Shown here: positions 20,455 to 22,881 of the stretch, piece after piece | Position numbering within the stretch: position 1 is the first letter of the stretch | Layout: every line of letters starts with the position of its first letter | Source: Paraspadella gotoi | Taxonomy: Eukaryota; Animalia; Chaetognatha | Assembly: GCA_051294375.1 (NCBI GenBank) | Contig: CM119270.1 | Span: 13,357,954-13,380,834, forward strand | Length of the DNA: 22,881 nt | Reading direction: 5' to 3' | Program-made: the position numbers and the translations under genes | The notes under the pieces: generated by a model | What the model was told of the DNA's origin: nothing | What the model saw: the letters and a program-made list of their open reading frames with translations, nothing else | Database searches by the model: none

Positions 20455-21427
20455 CCTGTATTCCCCTTCGCTCCTTTCCATTTTTTTCTTTCGAAGGGTA
20501 AAGTCTGTTTTTACCGTCAACCCCTCAGCCCCCCCCCCTCCTCCGGATGTGGGGCTTGTGGGCGTGTCCAACTGCCAAGTCACGAAATCGGAGCATGTCT
20601 CCGCTCGCGTTTCCGGTATTTGATATCGGGAAGAAAAATATGGTTGCGATGATGTCTGGAAGGAAAAGGGGAAGTCTTTTTTTCCCCTTTCATCTTTCTC
20701 ATAATTTCCGTTTTTGTAAAGAAGAAGAAGACGAAGAAAAATACGTAAGAAAAAGAAAAAGATAAAGAATAAAAAGGAAAAAAAAGAAGAAGACTGCGCC
20801 ATTTTTTTTTCTCGATAAATCTCGCGCTGGCCAAGGTCGAAATTCTCTCTCGATTAAAGGGGGGAGAGAGAGGCTTTCACGATTCTAGTTTTCCTTCTTC
20901 GAAAAATCGATTTTATTTTTCTTCTCAAAATGTTTTTTTTTTCTTTTCCGGAGTTTGTAAAACCCGGTCGTAGCAAATTCGCGAAAACTTATCCAAGACA
21001 GCAAAAGACGCAAAAGACCGTTTTACACAAAAGTAAAAACTTTATTTAAAATTGAAGCAAAGACAATTTTCCTGTCCCGTTCGCTCGCCTCTCCTTTTTT
21101 ATTCTCTCTTCCTCGATTCTCTCCCCACTCAGCCGTTGGTTCCACAGACGACGCGGTTGAAAGAAAAAATTAACGACAAAATTTTCATTATTTTTTTTTT
21201 GTTAACTCGATATGAATACAGCGAATAATGCCGCGAATGATACCGCGATACTCAAAAACGCTATTACCACCGCGACTTCTTTATATGTACCGCGATTCTT
21301 TTTTCAGTAGTATTCAGTTTGTAACCCGTACGTACAGAGTGCTGTGTGCGCATATACTTTTTCTTAGATCGTAGAATGTAGACGTAGAAGAAACAAAACC
21401 GCTCGTTGATCCATATAACAGATTTTC

Positions 21428-21452
21428 NNNNNNNNNNNNNNNNNNNNNNNNN
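21428..21452. other. Assembly gap, 25 N, followed by poly-A (~21460-21489)
   Basis: Run of N, then an A homopolymer. Confidence 0.99.
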
Positions 21453-21458
21453 ACAATT

Positions 21459-21491
<33 letters not shown>

Positions 21492-21546
21492 GAAAATTTC
21501 CGAAACGCGGAAATTTTTCAAATGTGATCTCTGACAGTCGTATTAT

Positions 21547-21628
21547 TTCCCCTTACTTCTCTTCCATTATTCCTTCGTTCCCATTCTACCCGCGTTTCTT
21601 CTTTGTATTCCCAAGCTACCATTTCTTG
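21547..21628 (+). repeat. Direct repeat, copy 1 (copy 2 at ~22800-22881)
   Basis: Shared TTTCCCCTTA..TTCTCTTCCATT..CCTTCGTTCCCATTCTACCCGCGTTT..TATT..CCCAA.CTAC..ATT..CTTG. Confidence 0.8.
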
Positions 21629-21654
21629 CTTTCCTTTCCTTTCCTTTTAATTTC

Positions 21655-22005
21655 TCTTTTCCTTCCTTTCTTTCTTCATTTCTTTCTTTCTTCTCTTTTT
21701 TCTTTCTTTCTTTCTTTCCTTTCTTTCTTTCTTTCTTTTCTTTCTTTCTTTCTTTCTTATCTTTCCTCCTTCACCCATTCTTCCTGTACCATTCCTTCCT
21801 TACCCCGTCATCCTCTTTCCTTCCTTCCCTTCCCCCTCCTTCCTTCCTTACTTCCTTCCTCCTTCCTTCCTTTCCTTACCTTCCTTCCTCCTTCCTTTCC
21901 TTCCTTCCTTCTTTTTCTTCCTTCCTTCCTTCCTCCTTCCTTCCCTTTCTTACCCTTCTTCCTTCCTTCCTTTCCTTCCTTCCTTCCTTCCTTCCTTCCT
22001 TCCCT
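21655..22005. repeat. Degenerate (TTTC)n then (CCTT)n microsatellite
   Basis: Interrupted tetranucleotide runs. Confidence 0.9.
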
Positions 22006-22126
22006 TTTTCTCCCCCATCCGCAACAATCCCTTTCCTCCCTCAACCTTCCCCCCCCTGTCACCTCCTTTACCCCCTCCTCAACCCCCCTGTTCTCCCTCC
22101 CTCCACCCCCCCCTTCCTATAAACAG

Positions 22127-22351
22127 ATCTCGTGCACGCGCCATTCGAGTCGCAGCATCAGAGCTGTGTCGCTGGAGCCGCAGCAGCCGCAGCGTCGTCG
22201 TCGTCGTCCGCCGCCTCGTCTTTCAACACGGACTAGCTCACGCCGGCGGCGGGTGGCCCGCGGCGGCGCCAGCGACGCGCCGCTGCGTTCAGCAGTAGAA
22301 AACTGCGGAGGGGCGGGAGGGCCGTGGGGGGAGTGCGGGCGGACGGTGGCG
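22127..22351 (+). CDS. Candidate GC-rich coding exon, Ala/Ser/Gly-rich (frame and 3' end uncertain)
   Basis: Long pyrimidine tract plus AAACAG acceptor (22125-22126). Phase 1 reads LVHAPFESQHQSCVAGAAAAAASSSSSAASSFNTD to TAG 22234-22236; phase 0 is open through a possible donor GCG|GTAGGG at 22351/22352. Confidence 0.45.
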
Positions 22352-22484
22352 GTAGGGGAGGGAGACATGGATCCCCGGGCGAGATAATATAAACTGGACG
22401 GAGAGCGGGGAAAATGAGTGATGAAAATAAAGGAGCGAGAGAGATTATGGGAAAAGGGAAGAGGTGAGGGGTGAGGCGATTGGC

Positions 22485-22735
22485 CGAGAGAGAGAGAGAG
22501 GAGAGAGAGAGGAGAGAGAGAGAGAGGAGAGACGAGAGGATCGAGAACGAGAGAGAAGTAGAGAGACGAGAGAGAGAAAGGAGAGATGGAGAGATCGGAG
22601 AAGAAGAGGAGGGTCCTCCATTGACAGAGGATGAGGAAGAGGATCAGGTATGAAAGCGGGAAGAGGACAGAGGAGAGAGAAGGAGGGATCGACGGAAGGT
22701 ATGAGGAAGAGAAGACAGGAAGAGGAGGATGAGAA
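22485..22735. repeat. Degenerate (AG)/(GAG)-rich low-complexity tract
   Basis: Purine-rich interrupted repeats. Confidence 0.8.
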
Positions 22736-22799
22736 AGTTGGTCCTGGACAAAAAATGAAGAAAATGACGTCTTTGATGATCTCTCTCTTTTTACATGTT

Positions 22800-22881
22800 T
22801 TTTCCCCTTATTCTCTTCCATTTTCCCCTTCGTTCCCATTCTACCCGCGTTTTTCTTCGTATTTTCCCAACTACATTCTTG
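22800..22881 (+). repeat. Direct repeat, copy 2 (runs to the window edge)
   Basis: Matches 21547-21628 with small indels. Confidence 0.8.

Noticed and set aside
21460-21489. Poly-A tail of a retroelement
   Set aside because: It lies right after a gap, so no element body or TSD can be seen; A runs are common throughout.

Overview
Eukaryotic draft-assembly DNA, most likely from an invertebrate animal: dense in microsatellites, no CpG depletion, GT-AG introns. The style recalls a crustacean such as a penaeid shrimp, but this is inference only. The first third holds a + strand multi-exon gene for a long, low-complexity, probably disordered protein (Lys/Ala-rich H1-tail-like block, poly-Q/H/S/G/A tracts). 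I cannot name it. It has a >2.5 kb GC-rich exon ending at 2781, two phase-compatible exons (3755-3867, 7387-7548) and weaker candidate exons. The middle is a ~9 kb imperfect palindrome (arms ~7690-11485 and ~13025-16668) around a CT-rich spacer with a 25-N gap and a small hairpin. The arms differ by many small indels and one ~205 bp block. The rest is microsatellites, minisatellites, N gaps and a noisy direct repeat. Many oddities fit error-prone long-read gap filling or haplotype duplication better than new biology. I found no convincing prokaryotic genes, RNA genes, CRISPR array, transposase/RT ORF or novel gene system.
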